In this document: positions 38,648-48,089 of the stretch, one piece after another
How the letters are laid out: every line of letters starts with the position of its first letter
Numbering within the stretch: the first letter of the stretch is position 1
Assembly (NCBI GenBank): GCA_963836235.1
Contig: CAWIIP010000002.1
Location: 160,001 to 224,000 of the forward strand
Length of the DNA: 64,000 bases
Direction: 5' to 3'
From: an uncultured Pseudomonadota bacterium
Lineage (GTDB): Bacteria; Oederibacteriota; Muellerivitia; Muellerivitales; Muellerivitaceae
Translations under genes and position numbers: made by a program
Notes under the pieces: model-generated
Seen by the model: the letters and a program-made list of their open reading frames with translations, nothing else
Databases searched by the model: none
What the model was told of the DNA's origin: nothing

Positions 38648-38956
38648 TTACTTGCCCTTTTTCACCGGGAGGGCCTTGTAGACCTTCTCGGCTTCGGGCA
38701 GAACCTCGTCGTTGAGGTTGTTGAAGGGGTAGTAGCACTTGATGAATTCAGGCTTGCCACCTTGCTCCTTCGCTTGCTTGACCTCGTGGATTGCGGAGTC
38801 CACTTTCAACCCCTTATCCGTCTGGACTAGCCGGTAGTTCGGTAGGGTGATAAGCGGCTCACCGTCCACCGACACCGTGACCTTGAAAAATGCCAGGGTC
38901 TTGGTGTCCTCCTTCTTGGTTTTTTTCATGTCCTTCACTTCGATTTGCAGTCCCAT
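38648..38956 (-). CDS. SpoVG-like protein (divergent third copy)
   Basis: LAFFKVTV..ITLPNYRLVQTDKGLKVD..YYP..LNDEVL.EA..VY; RBS AAGGAG. Confidence 0.6.
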   Translation of the reverse strand: MGLQIEVKDMKKTKKEDTKTLAFFKVTVSVDGEPLITLPNYRLVQTDKGLKVDSAIHEVKQAKEQGGKPEFIKCYYPFNNLNDEVLPEAEKVYKALPVKKGK

Positions 38957-39004
38957 GACTTGCTCCTTATTTTTATTATTGCCTGGGGCCTTCGGCCTCT
39001 TTTT

Positions 39005-39245
39005 TGCGGGACTTTTAAATTTCCGGCCCCGCCGGCACAAGGCCGGCGGCGGGGCTGGAAATTAAGAAGGGGATTCCATCTTGGGAATTTATTCACCAAG
39101 CGATAGCGGCGCCGACCCGATGTTTTTTATCGCCCTTGGCCGAAGGCCAACGGGTAGGCCTCACATGACAATCGCGGGTTTCGATTGGCGTGGGAGGTGC
39201 CTCGCAGTCGGCGCATCTTTAAAAAATAAATTTTCAAAGGAATCT
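39005..39245. promoter_or_regulatory. Structured leader, family 3, copy 2
   Basis: Homologous to 34575-34775. Confidence 0.65.
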
Positions 39246-39440
39246 TCACGTATTATTGCCCGACTGGACAATACCAGTGACCGAAGTGAAATAGTAATCA
39301 GTGAGAGGATTAGGTAAAGGGCAAAAGTTTTGGGCCTTAGCAACATTCACCAACATTAGACAGATAAAAAATATATTCAGTTTTTGAAAAATAATTTTCA
39401 ATTTCAACAACCTTAGATAGAACTTTTTCTTGAACCCGAT

Positions 39441-40178
39441 TTAATTAGAATGATATTTTCCAACCGGTTCTGCGTACTTGACCGATGGGTCAGTTTTCAT
39501 TTCTTCAATTGCGTCTTTCACGGACATTCCATTTGTAATTTGAATAAGGTAATATTCCATTTTAAGAGCTTGTAAAACTTCATGCTTTACGTCACCTATC
39601 GACCCCATTAGTTTGAGGACTCTTTCATTATCAGTTGCGGGAATATCTGATTTTAATCCGACCATAATTTGATTCGCATCGTAATCTTTACCTGGCACAA
39701 GCCGATCCCAATTGGGGGTCGGGTAAGGTTTGTGCGTTGGGGTTGGTGTTGGAGAAGCGAAAAAAGTTTCCAAGTTAGTAATGATAACGGGTTCAGCAAA
39801 TGAAACAGCTGGATCAGCTTTCAGCTTTTCGTAAGCGCCTTTCGACGACATACCATTTGTAACCTTGATATTCCAACCTTCCGCCCCATTGGTATTTTTT
39901 GTAACACCCATCGACATCATTATTCCAATAATTCTATTTTTTTCAGAAAGAGGGAGGTGTGGTTTTAACCCGACCAAAATCACCTTGTCTTTTTCAAGAA
40001 CCGGCCAATTAAAATGACGTGTCGGAACGGGAGAAGAAGAAGTAAGGTTTGCCCCATTGACACTTCCATTTGATTGAAGTGAAGTGGGACCTGCCGAGGC
40101 CGAAGAAAAAATAAAATATTGTATTATCAACAAAAATGATAAAAATAAATTTCTATGCTTGCGAAAGTCCATTGTCAA
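39441..40178 (-). CDS. Secreted protein with two subtilase pro-domain-like repeats and no protease domain
   Basis: Repeat (I/M)VGLK...(V/I)TNGMS...DP.V.(F/Y)AEP occurs twice. Confidence 0.6.
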   Translation of the reverse strand: MTMDFRKHRNLFLSFLLIIQYFIFSSASAGPTSLQSNGSVNGANLTSSSPVPTRHFNWPVLEKDKVILVGLKPHLPLSEKNRIIGIMMSMGVTKNTNGAEGWNIKVTNGMSSKGAYEKLKADPAVSFAEPVIITNLETFFASPTPTPTHKPYPTPNWDRLVPGKDYDANQIMVGLKSDIPATDNERVLKLMGSIGDVKHEVLQALKMEYYLIQITNGMSVKDAIEEMKTDPSVKYAEPVGKYHSN

Positions 40179-40209
40179 TATTGCTTCCTTAGTTCAAGCA
40201 GAATTAATT

Positions 40210-40472
40210 AATCCAGATTCACCCCGGTCAGGCGCACGGTGCAGCCGCCGCTGGCGGTGACGATTTCGTTTCCGGAAACCTTAAGCAGGGGAGGAGCGGC
40301 TTGCGCGGGAGTTGGACCGAAAAAAGTGGAACCCAAAAGCACAAAAAGCGAAAGAAAGAAAAAGTTCATTTCGCCCCGGGACGTTTTAAGCCGGGAACCA
40401 AAGAACGTTTTCGTTTTGAAAAATAAGTTTTGTGGAGACCTGTTCAAAGTGTCACCCGATACACTGGTTAAA
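40210..40472 (-). pseudogene. Duplicated 5' fragment of the GH5 gene
   Basis: Identical to 15438-15700; ends at VNLD-stop. Confidence 0.9.
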
Positions 40473-40525
40473 GGTTGCGGAACAATTGGCAACAAAACTC
40501 GAAATGTTTCATCGCTTCTCATGAA

Positions 40526-42232
40526 CCGGAATTTCCCAGATGACCTTCTCTGAAAACATTGCCGGGTAATTTGTTTCTCATTATATCGCCCCCCCCCCCC
40601 CGCTTCTTCCATCCGAATCCGGAATTTTCCGTCCTGGGCCACTGAAATAAGCCCCAGGAAAAGGTTTCTGTGCCCAAAAAAGCTGAAATTGACCTTCTGG
40701 AAAGCCAATTCTCGTTGTGAGCGCACACCTATCCTGCGGTAGTCGCTCGGGTTGAAGCCTTGATGCCTTCCTGCGGTTATCGCAGTACTGGCGCTCGCGG
40801 CCTTACCATTGCCAGTAGCCGTATCCGATTGAGGATTTCAGCAAACAGGCGTCGGGAAACCATCACCTCCGCCATCTGGAAAATAACGTACCGCGAATGA
40901 CGGATGACATTAGCCCCGATCTTGATGAGTTTTTCCCTCAAGGTCGTTAGCGACCAATGTTTCACCAGTTCTGGCAGTGCCAGTCGGCGCAGGAAGTTGC
41001 CCAGATTGTAGGCCAGGGCGAATAGTTGTAAGCGCACTTGGTTGTCCGCGAAGTCGTGGCAGCTTAGTCTTGTCCACTTCATCGCATACTTTCCCTCTTT
41101 GATCCACTGCTCAGCCGTGCCTCTTCCGTTGTAGAATTTCACCACCTGGGGTGCCGGTCGTCGCATGTTCGTTACGATGAAACCCACCTTTGGGAACAAT
41201 TCCCCGTTGTGATGTTCGATCTTCGCCACCACGCGGCGGGGTTTGTCCCAGCTGACGGCTTGGTATTGGAAGCTGTGAAACCGGACAACCGGCTTGTGGG
41301 AGGGGCGGCCCACGGGACGGGTTAAAAATGGCTCGATTTCCCGTTGGAGTATGGCATTGGCAGGTTGGCGGATCGCGTAAAGATATCCTTCGTCTTCTAG
41401 GTATTCGTATAGTTCCTGACGGGCGAAAGCCGCGTCACCCCGGAAAAACCGGCTGATGGAAAGACCCCGGTAGCGGGCAACTACCGGTTCAAGAACCGAA
41501 CGCCATTCGTGGGCACTGGCCACATTGCCGTTGCGCAACATAGCCCGTTCCAAATCGCCGAACTGGTTGAAGCAAAACAGGGGATGGTAACAGGTACAGC
41601 CAAAGTAACCGTTGTACAAGGAACCTTCCTGATCCCCGTAGGTCTCGCTCACTGAGCTATCCATGTCGAGGATGATCTGTTGTATGGGCTTTTTCTCATG
41701 GACTCCATCGATCCATTGGCCCGATAAGTCAATTAAGCCGGTCAAATTCTTCGACTGGGTGAGGACCTCCGTCTCGAAACGACCCATCTGGCTGGTGGAG
41801 GCGGCCTGTTTTTCCCTGGCCCGTCCTCCGATCACATGCCGCATCGCAGGATCGACACTCAGGCGTTCTGCGTCGTTGGTATCCTCATAACCGGCCAAGC
41901 GGCTGAATACCGACTGGCGAAGAAGCGCCGTCATCGTGTGTTGCGTATTCTTACCGGTCCGCCGATCCCAAAGGATGTTTTCTGTTCTGTCAGTCAAACC
42001 AAAAGCTTCGTCGAGTTCGCGATAGGGAATCAACCCGCCATCGGAAGTGACCTTCGCACCATGGAACTCCAACTTGAGGCCAGGATCAAAAACCACCCGA
42101 AGAGCGTCTTTTCCGCCTTCACCCATTGCATTTCCCCCTCTCATGTTCCCCAACACGAAGAAAAACCTTTGTTTATATGGCCAAACGTTGTCTTATTATA
42201 CTCGAAAGGAAATTCCATCTGGGAAATCCGGG
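40526..42232 (-). mobile_element. IS1380-family insertion sequence, complete (~1.7 kb)
   Basis: IRs CCGGAATTTCCCAGATG (40526) and CATCTGGGAAATCCGGG (42216-42232). Confidence 0.92.
40777..42156 (-). CDS. tnpA: IS1380-family transposase
   Basis: TSDGGL, GYEDTND, LDMDS, RGDAAF, YNGRGTAEQWIKEGK. Confidence 0.95.
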   Translation of the reverse strand: MLGNMRGGNAMGEGGKDALRVVFDPGLKLEFHGAKVTSDGGLIPYRELDEAFGLTDRTENILWDRRTGKNTQHTMTALLRQSVFSRLAGYEDTNDAERLSVDPAMRHVIGGRAREKQAASTSQMGRFETEVLTQSKNLTGLIDLSGQWIDGVHEKKPIQQIILDMDSSVSETYGDQEGSLYNGYFGCTCYHPLFCFNQFGDLERAMLRNGNVASAHEWRSVLEPVVARYRGLSISRFFRGDAAFARQELYEYLEDEGYLYAIRQPANAILQREIEPFLTRPVGRPSHKPVVRFHSFQYQAVSWDKPRRVVAKIEHHNGELFPKVGFIVTNMRRPAPQVVKFYNGRGTAEQWIKEGKYAMKWTRLSCHDFADNQVRLQLFALAYNLGNFLRRLALPELVKHWSLTTLREKLIKIGANVIRHSRYVIFQMAEVMVSRRLFAEILNRIRLLAMVRPRAPVLR

Positions 42233-42244
42233 TTAAGGGTTACA

Positions 42245-42880
42245 TTGCCAAATCCCAATACATCCAAGATCATCCGCGAACTTCAACGCCTTTATCCCGA
42301 CACCCGATGCTTCCTGCACTATAAAACTCCCTTTCAACTACTTTGCGCCGTCATCCTTTCCGCCCAATGCACGGACGAAAGGGTGAACATCGTGGCCCCG
42401 GAATTATTCAAAGTTTTTCCAACCCCGGAAAAGCTGGCGAAAGCCAAAATGAAAGACGTGGAAAAGCTCATCAAATCCACCGGGTTTTACCATAACAAAG
42501 CCAAGAACTTGGTTGGAGCCGCCCAAGCCTTATTGGGTTTATATAAAGGAAAGATGCCCAAAACCATTGAAGAAATGGTGGAGATTCCCGGCGTGGGCCG
42601 AAAAACCGCAAACGTGGTTCTTGGGGAGGTTTACGGCATCTCAGAAGGCATTACAGTGGATACCCACGTCACTCGCCTCAGCAATCGCCTAGGTTGGACC
42701 AAACACCAGGATGCCGTAAAAATCGAACAGGATTTAATGAAGATTGTTCACAGGGAAGAGTGGCTTCACTTCTCTCATCGCCTGATCCAGCACGGCCGTA
42801 AAGTTTGCGACGCCCGTAAACCCCTTTGTAACATTTGTGCTCTGGCGAAGTGGTGTCCATCCGCTAAATCTTTAAAATGA
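42245..42880 (+). CDS. nth: Endonuclease III
   Basis: LSAQCTD, HhH PGVGRKTANVV, VDTHV, C-x6-C-x2-C-x5-C; likely TTG start at 42245. Confidence 0.95.
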   Translation: MPNPNTSKIIRELQRLYPDTRCFLHYKTPFQLLCAVILSAQCTDERVNIVAPELFKVFPTPEKLAKAKMKDVEKLIKSTGFYHNKAKNLVGAAQALLGLYKGKMPKTIEEMVEIPGVGRKTANVVLGEVYGISEGITVDTHVTRLSNRLGWTKHQDAVKIEQDLMKIVHREEWLHFSHRLIQHGRKVCDARKPLCNICALAKWCPSAKSLK

Positions 42881-43017
42881 GACTTGAAAAGATATCGTCC
42901 AGAACAACCGGAAAGACAATTCATGATATTATTTAGGGAACCTGGGAGTTTCGTTATAAGCCGACAACCCCGTTTATTGATTGTATCGAACCAGTAATAT
43001 ACCGACAGGAAAACCCT

Positions 43018-44940
43018 ATGACGGAAAACCTTCCAATCTTTCATGTTTTAAAATCCATATCTAATAAGCCTTTCAATCAAAAAAGACTGCGCCAGATATT
43101 GTCTTCCTTTATTTATTTTCCAATCCTGATCGGTGGACTGGGTCTTATTCACCCGGATATAAGTTTCCCCTGCACTTTAAGCAGCGCTACCCTGAGTTGG
43201 GCATCGGATGACGGTGGGGAAATCTTCATCAACGGCAACCTGGCCAATCAATGTCCCGACGGTTGTTGGGTGGGTGTGAATAATATCAATATTCCCCTCG
43301 CTTGGTTAAATACCACCGGGGACAATGTTCTGGCGGCATACACCTATTCGTCGGACACGGTTTATAGCGGCACCACTTGGCTGCTCACCCTGGCTTATTC
43401 CGATTGTGGGAATACTTACATTCAATCGGGCGATCCCTGCGTTGTCGACCAGTATTTGAACGATCCGAGCGCGGCCACTTCGGGCCTTCCCACCTTTCCA
43501 ACAGGCTGGAACAATACGGGTTTTGTTGACTCAAGCTGGTCAGCCCCCGGCACAGTAGATTCCGTTCTCCCGGCGATTGCTTCCGCCGATGAATTGATCC
43601 CTAACCCATCCGGAGGGACGATAGCCTGGATTTGGGGAGCCCCGAATTGGCTGACGGTAACCGTCGGGGATGCTTATATGTACCGTGAAAACTTTCAGGT
43701 GGGGGTTACGGCCTGCTCAGCTTTGGCCCCGACGCCTACCCCCGTGTCTTCTTTCGGGTGTTTTGCACTGAGTGGAGACGGAGGAGATACCATCATTTCG
43801 GATGTCGGCGGCTATGTCGGCACCGCTCCAGCACCAGCGGTTGTCGTAACCGACGTCACTTTGGCCGCGCCCATGGTTTGGCCGAGCGCCTGCGGCGGCC
43901 AATGGATATCGGACAACGCCAATGCCTATGCCCTCCAATCCACTCCCGCGACCATGGTATTTCAACGAACCTTTTCCATCAGTTCCGCCATCATCAGTAG
44001 CGGTTCTTTCGGGATTTCCTTTGGCGCCGACGATTCGGCTTACTATGTCTTATCCAATAGTCTCTACCCCTCGGGAGTAACCATTGCGTCTACACTTTTT
44101 AAAAATTGCCAAGGGCAAGCTTTTAGCGGAAGTCTTTTGAGCAGCTCCGGTCCCAACACTTTGACGAGTTATTTGATCAATTCCACCAGCATTCCAACTG
44201 GTGTCGGTACTACTTACGGCTACACCGGTCTTTACTATGCGCTTTGCGTCACGGGAAATACCCCGACCCCCACTTCGACTCCGACGGTAACGGCCACCTT
44301 TTCCCCAACCCTCTCGCCCACCAATACCCTCACCGCGACTTCTACCTTTACGTCTACCAATAGTTCGACCAACACCACCACTTCAACCGCGTCTCTCACC
44401 CCCACGATCACGGCCACCTATACCCCCACCTACACCCAGACCAACAGCCCCACCCCATCTCCCACATTTACCGTCACCAACACCCCGACGATAACCCCTA
44501 CTTCAACCCCTTCCTTGACCCCAACGATAACCGATAGCTTTACCCCCAGTTCCACATCCACCAATAGCGCCACACCCACCGCCACCTTAACTCCCTGTGG
44601 CTATCCGGGAAATACCTGTACCGCTACAAACACGCCCACGGCAACGCCTCTACCGGAAGATACCTTTTACGTCTCGGAAAATATCTTTACGCCCGCCAAT
44701 CCGGTTTCCATTATGGTGGCCTACACCCAATATTCCGGGCCCTATGACCTTTGTATCTACAACACGGCGGGTGAACATATCCGCACCCTGGCTTCCCAAC
44801 AATTATCCGCCCCGATCAGCCAGTCCTATAGCTGGAACGGGACCAATAAGTATGGGGATAAATGCGCCAGCGGAGTTTACATTATTTATTTGACAGAACC
44901 CTTCAGTGTCAAAGTCAAAAGAATCATTCTCATCAAATAG
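43018..44940 (+). CDS. Secreted lectin/beta-sandwich protein with Thr/Pro linker and FlgD-Ig/CTD-like tail
   Basis: Two (A/S)DD..beta domains; TPT linker; IYNTAGE...WNG..SGVY tail. Confidence 0.7.
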   Translation: MTENLPIFHVLKSISNKPFNQKRLRQILSSFIYFPILIGGLGLIHPDISFPCTLSSATLSWASDDGGEIFINGNLANQCPDGCWVGVNNINIPLAWLNTTGDNVLAAYTYSSDTVYSGTTWLLTLAYSDCGNTYIQSGDPCVVDQYLNDPSAATSGLPTFPTGWNNTGFVDSSWSAPGTVDSVLPAIASADELIPNPSGGTIAWIWGAPNWLTVTVGDAYMYRENFQVGVTACSALAPTPTPVSSFGCFALSGDGGDTIISDVGGYVGTAPAPAVVVTDVTLAAPMVWPSACGGQWISDNANAYALQSTPATMVFQRTFSISSAIISSGSFGISFGADDSAYYVLSNSLYPSGVTIASTLFKNCQGQAFSGSLLSSSGPNTLTSYLINSTSIPTGVGTTYGYTGLYYALCVTGNTPTPTSTPTVTATFSPTLSPTNTLTATSTFTSTNSSTNTTTSTASLTPTITATYTPTYTQTNSPTPSPTFTVTNTPTITPTSTPSLTPTITDSFTPSSTSTNSATPTATLTPCGYPGNTCTATNTPTATPLPEDTFYVSENIFTPANPVSIMVAYTQYSGPYDLCIYNTAGEHIRTLASQQLSAPISQSYSWNGTNKYGDKCASGVYIIYLTEPFSVKVKRIILIK

Positions 44941-44983
44941 CCGGCCTCTCACAAAAACTGTTTTTTCCTAAAATTATCAAACT

Positions 44984-45724
44984 TTAATTACCATCCATTC
45001 CGGTTCCAATGCTCCCTGGTGTTCCACCGCCCAAGTGGTGTCCTCCATGATGGCCCCCTTGTTTCGCGCCCGGAGTAGTTGTCGCGCTAGGCTTGGCCAC
45101 CGGCGCAGTTTCCACTTCCTCGGTTCCGGCCCTCAAAAGATCATCTCCCAGTACTCCATTGGCGTCGCAAGCATGGTAGTGACCGTCGTCCAGGAATAAT
45201 TGAAACTGATTCGCGCCCTTTGGGTCCTGCCACCACCAGAATCCCTGGTCGAAATAAAGCCATCTCTGGGCGTAGCTATCGTGCCACCAAAAGCGTCCCG
45301 ACCACCAAAGGATCCAATGAAAGCTTCCGCCGGTATGCCAGCCATACCAATCCAGGTGACCGTCCCGGTAGTGGCAATAATTCCAACCCTTAAAAGGGTG
45401 CCAGTAATATCTTCCGGACCGCTTATCCATTTTGTTGACCGCCGGTATTTGCTGGAGCGTTTGATGATCGGTTAAGTCCCATAAGGCGGCGCCTTGGGGA
45501 GCCAAATCTTCGTCATTCGTGAGGTCCATGACTTTCCCTTCCACTTTGTGGGGAGGGCGTGGAAGTGGATAAAAGGTTGAATCCCGGATTTTTTCCTGGG
45601 CTGGCAAGGCGACGGGCTTGGCCATCGTCGGCGTGGAAGTCTCGGTGGGAACAAGGTCATAGGCAAAAACATTCCCAGCGCCCCACAGAAGCAAAATCAT
45701 CCCTACCCAAACCCGGCTTCCCAA
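44984..45724 (-). CDS. Secreted Trp-rich hypothetical protein
   Basis: Signal peptide; repeated W/Y-rich segments. Confidence 0.6.
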   Translation of the reverse strand: MGSRVWVGMILLLWGAGNVFAYDLVPTETSTPTMAKPVALPAQEKIRDSTFYPLPRPPHKVEGKVMDLTNDEDLAPQGAALWDLTDHQTLQQIPAVNKMDKRSGRYYWHPFKGWNYCHYRDGHLDWYGWHTGGSFHWILWWSGRFWWHDSYAQRWLYFDQGFWWWQDPKGANQFQLFLDDGHYHACDANGVLGDDLLRAGTEEVETAPVAKPSATTTPGAKQGGHHGGHHLGGGTPGSIGTGMDGN

Positions 45725-45836
45725 GGGAATCTCCTAAAAGTAGAGTCGAGTTTTGGACGTTCGCCAACCGGTAAAAGAGTTAGCCTTTTACCCCAAAACC
45801 CGACACACAAAGTGAAAGTAATGCGTCTAGAGTCTC

Positions 45837-48074
45837 ATGGATTCCCCCATTTCTCCTAAACAAACCGCCGCTTTTCCCGAGGACAACCTTACCTCTTCTA
45901 CCCCTTGTCCTTGGGAATGGGCGGCCCTTGTTCTCATTCTCCTGGTGGGAGCCTTCCTTCGCTTATGGAAGATCGACCAAAACGGCACCGGTAATCCCTA
46001 TTACGCGGCAGCCGTGCGAAGCATGATGATGAACTGGCATAATTTCTTTTTTGTGTCTTTTGATCCTGTCGGCTTTGTGACCGTGGACAAGCCTCCGGTG
46101 TCCTTGTGGATCCAAACTGTCTTCACCAAGCTATTCGGTTACAAGGGCTTTACCCTCATCCTTCCCCAAATTTTGGAAGGACTTGGTGCCCTCGTCCTCG
46201 TTTATCATCTCGTTCGACGCCGCTTCGGTTCCGGCGCGGCCCTCTTCTCCGCTTTGGCCATCGCCCTCTCACCCGTCAGCGTCGCCGTGGACCGCTATAA
46301 CAACACCGACGCCTGCCTGGTTTTGGTCACGCTTCTTTCGGCCTGGGCTCTAAGCAAGGCCGCCGAAACCGGAAACCGCTTGCACCTGTACCTGGCCTTG
46401 ATCCTGGCCGGAATCGGATTCAATACCAAGATGATGGTGGCTTTCGTTGGTCTTCCGGCTTTTTACCTGGTTTACCTGCTGGGATCTCCCCGCCCCTGGC
46501 TCCGCCGCCTGGGGGACTTGACCATCGGCACCCTCATTCTGCTGTTGGTGGCCCTGTCCTGGCCCTTGTCTGTGGACCTGACGCCACCCGAACAACGCCC
46601 CTTTGTGGGAAGCACCCAGGATAATTCCATGGTCAGCCTCTCCTTGGGCTGGAACGGATTCCAAAGATTGCTGACCAGGGGCCGGCGGGGCTCTCCCCAA
46701 AATCCAAGGCTGGTAAATGCCCAGGCGGCCGTCACCGGAACAAACGCCCCACCGGGTACTATCGTTTCCGGACCCAATATCGCTACTCCATCTTCACCCG
46801 CCTCGATAGCGAATTCAGGAACACCCGGCGCCGGACCCGCTTCCCAAGGCATGGGCCGCCGCAGGGGCGGGGGAGGCGGCATGAATACGGGCACACCGGG
46901 CCCTCTCCGGCTGGCGGATAAAAACATGGCAGGGCAGATTGCTTGGTTTCTTCCCCTGGCCCTGCTTGGATTCTGGGCGGAAGCCCGACGAACCCGCTTC
47001 AGCCTTCCCCTGGCTCTATCGCACCAGGCGCTGACGCTTTGGCTAGGATGGTTTTTCATCTACGCGATGGTATTCAGTTTTATGCGGGGAGCCATGCATG
47101 CCTATTACCTTGTCATGCTGGTCCCACCTCTAGCCGCCCTCGCTGGCATTGGGATCAATGCGTTTTGGTTCCATTTTCAACAAGGCCGCCCTACCTTTCT
47201 GTTCCTGGGCCTAATCCTGACGGCGGCCTGGCAGGCCTTTATCTTGTTCCAATATCCCGACTGGAAATCCACGCTTTTGCCCATTCTGTTTTTGGGAATG
47301 GTTTTAGCCCTAGCCGGACTTATCTTTTTGCCGTCCCTGATACGTCTGAAACCCCATTTAAGTTCAGGCCTTCCGACGGCCTTGGGTCTGGGGCTTTGCG
47401 CCCTTTTCCTTTGCCCGGCCTTTTGGGCCCTGACTCCCGTTCTAGGTTCGGGGCAATCGGTTGAGGCCAGCCCCGACTTGCTCTCCGGCGGCCAAAGGGG
47501 TGGAATGTTCCAGGGGTTCGGCGCGCGTTTGAACACCACCAAACTACTGGACTATTTGAAGGCCCATCACCAGGGCGAGCAATATCTCGTGGTCTCGCAA
47601 AACAGCCAGGTCGTGGCGCCGATCATCATTGAAACAGGGGAACCGGTGGTGGCCATCGGCGGCTTCATGGGGGGTGATCCGATTCTTACCGTCAATGAAT
47701 TCGCCCAAAAGGTGAAGGACGGCCAATTCCGCTATATGCTTCTCCAAGATCCTCCGGCGAACCAAGGCCGGGGCGGAAACAACGGCCGGGACCTCGGCGG
47801 CAACGGTGGGGGTTTTGGCGGAGGTTTCGGTTTTGGGCGGGGTGGAGGCCAGCAGGCCGAAATCGCCAAATGGGTCCGGGAAAATGGAAAGCCGGTGGAC
47901 CCGGCCCTTTGGAAACCGGCCATTCCTCCTGCCCCAATCGCCAGCCAAGCCACAACCCAAGGACCGGGGGGTGCCCAAGGGTTCCAAGGCGGCTTTGGTG
48001 GCCGCCGGGGAGGTCTGGCCTATCTCCAGCTTTATGACCTGCGTCCCGACAAAGAGACAAAAACAGCCTCTTAA
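45837..48074 (+). CDS. ArnT/PMT-like GT-C glycosyltransferase (YkcB-like)
   Basis: YYAAAVRSM, TVDKPP, RYNNTD, GFNTKM, GGFMGGDP. Confidence 0.88.
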   Translation: MDSPISPKQTAAFPEDNLTSSTPCPWEWAALVLILLVGAFLRLWKIDQNGTGNPYYAAAVRSMMMNWHNFFFVSFDPVGFVTVDKPPVSLWIQTVFTKLFGYKGFTLILPQILEGLGALVLVYHLVRRRFGSGAALFSALAIALSPVSVAVDRYNNTDACLVLVTLLSAWALSKAAETGNRLHLYLALILAGIGFNTKMMVAFVGLPAFYLVYLLGSPRPWLRRLGDLTIGTLILLLVALSWPLSVDLTPPEQRPFVGSTQDNSMVSLSLGWNGFQRLLTRGRRGSPQNPRLVNAQAAVTGTNAPPGTIVSGPNIATPSSPASIANSGTPGAGPASQGMGRRRGGGGGMNTGTPGPLRLADKNMAGQIAWFLPLALLGFWAEARRTRFSLPLALSHQALTLWLGWFFIYAMVFSFMRGAMHAYYLVMLVPPLAALAGIGINAFWFHFQQGRPTFLFLGLILTAAWQAFILFQYPDWKSTLLPILFLGMVLALAGLIFLPSLIRLKPHLSSGLPTALGLGLCALFLCPAFWALTPVLGSGQSVEASPDLLSGGQRGGMFQGFGARLNTTKLLDYLKAHHQGEQYLVVSQNSQVVAPIIIETGEPVVAIGGFMGGDPILTVNEFAQKVKDGQFRYMLLQDPPANQGRGGNNGRDLGGNGGGFGGGFGFGRGGGQQAEIAKWVRENGKPVDPALWKPAIPPAPIASQATTQGPGGAQGFQGGFGGRRGGLAYLQLYDLRPDKETKTAS

Positions 48075-48089
48075 GATTAAACTACTCCC

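Noticed and set aside
26685-39245. Possible CRISPR array or classical integron attC array
   Set aside because: Repeats are long, irregularly spaced and lack repeat-spacer periodicity; no cas or intI gene and no consistent RYYYAAC/GTTRRRY ends seen.
25000-40000. Calling the region a complete ICE, plasmid or prophage
   Set aside because: No relaxase, T4SS, rep or phage structural genes in the window, and element boundaries could not be defined.
42047-42244. N-terminal extension of the nth ORF
   Set aside because: Lies almost entirely within the IS1380 end; the real start is probably TTG at 42245.
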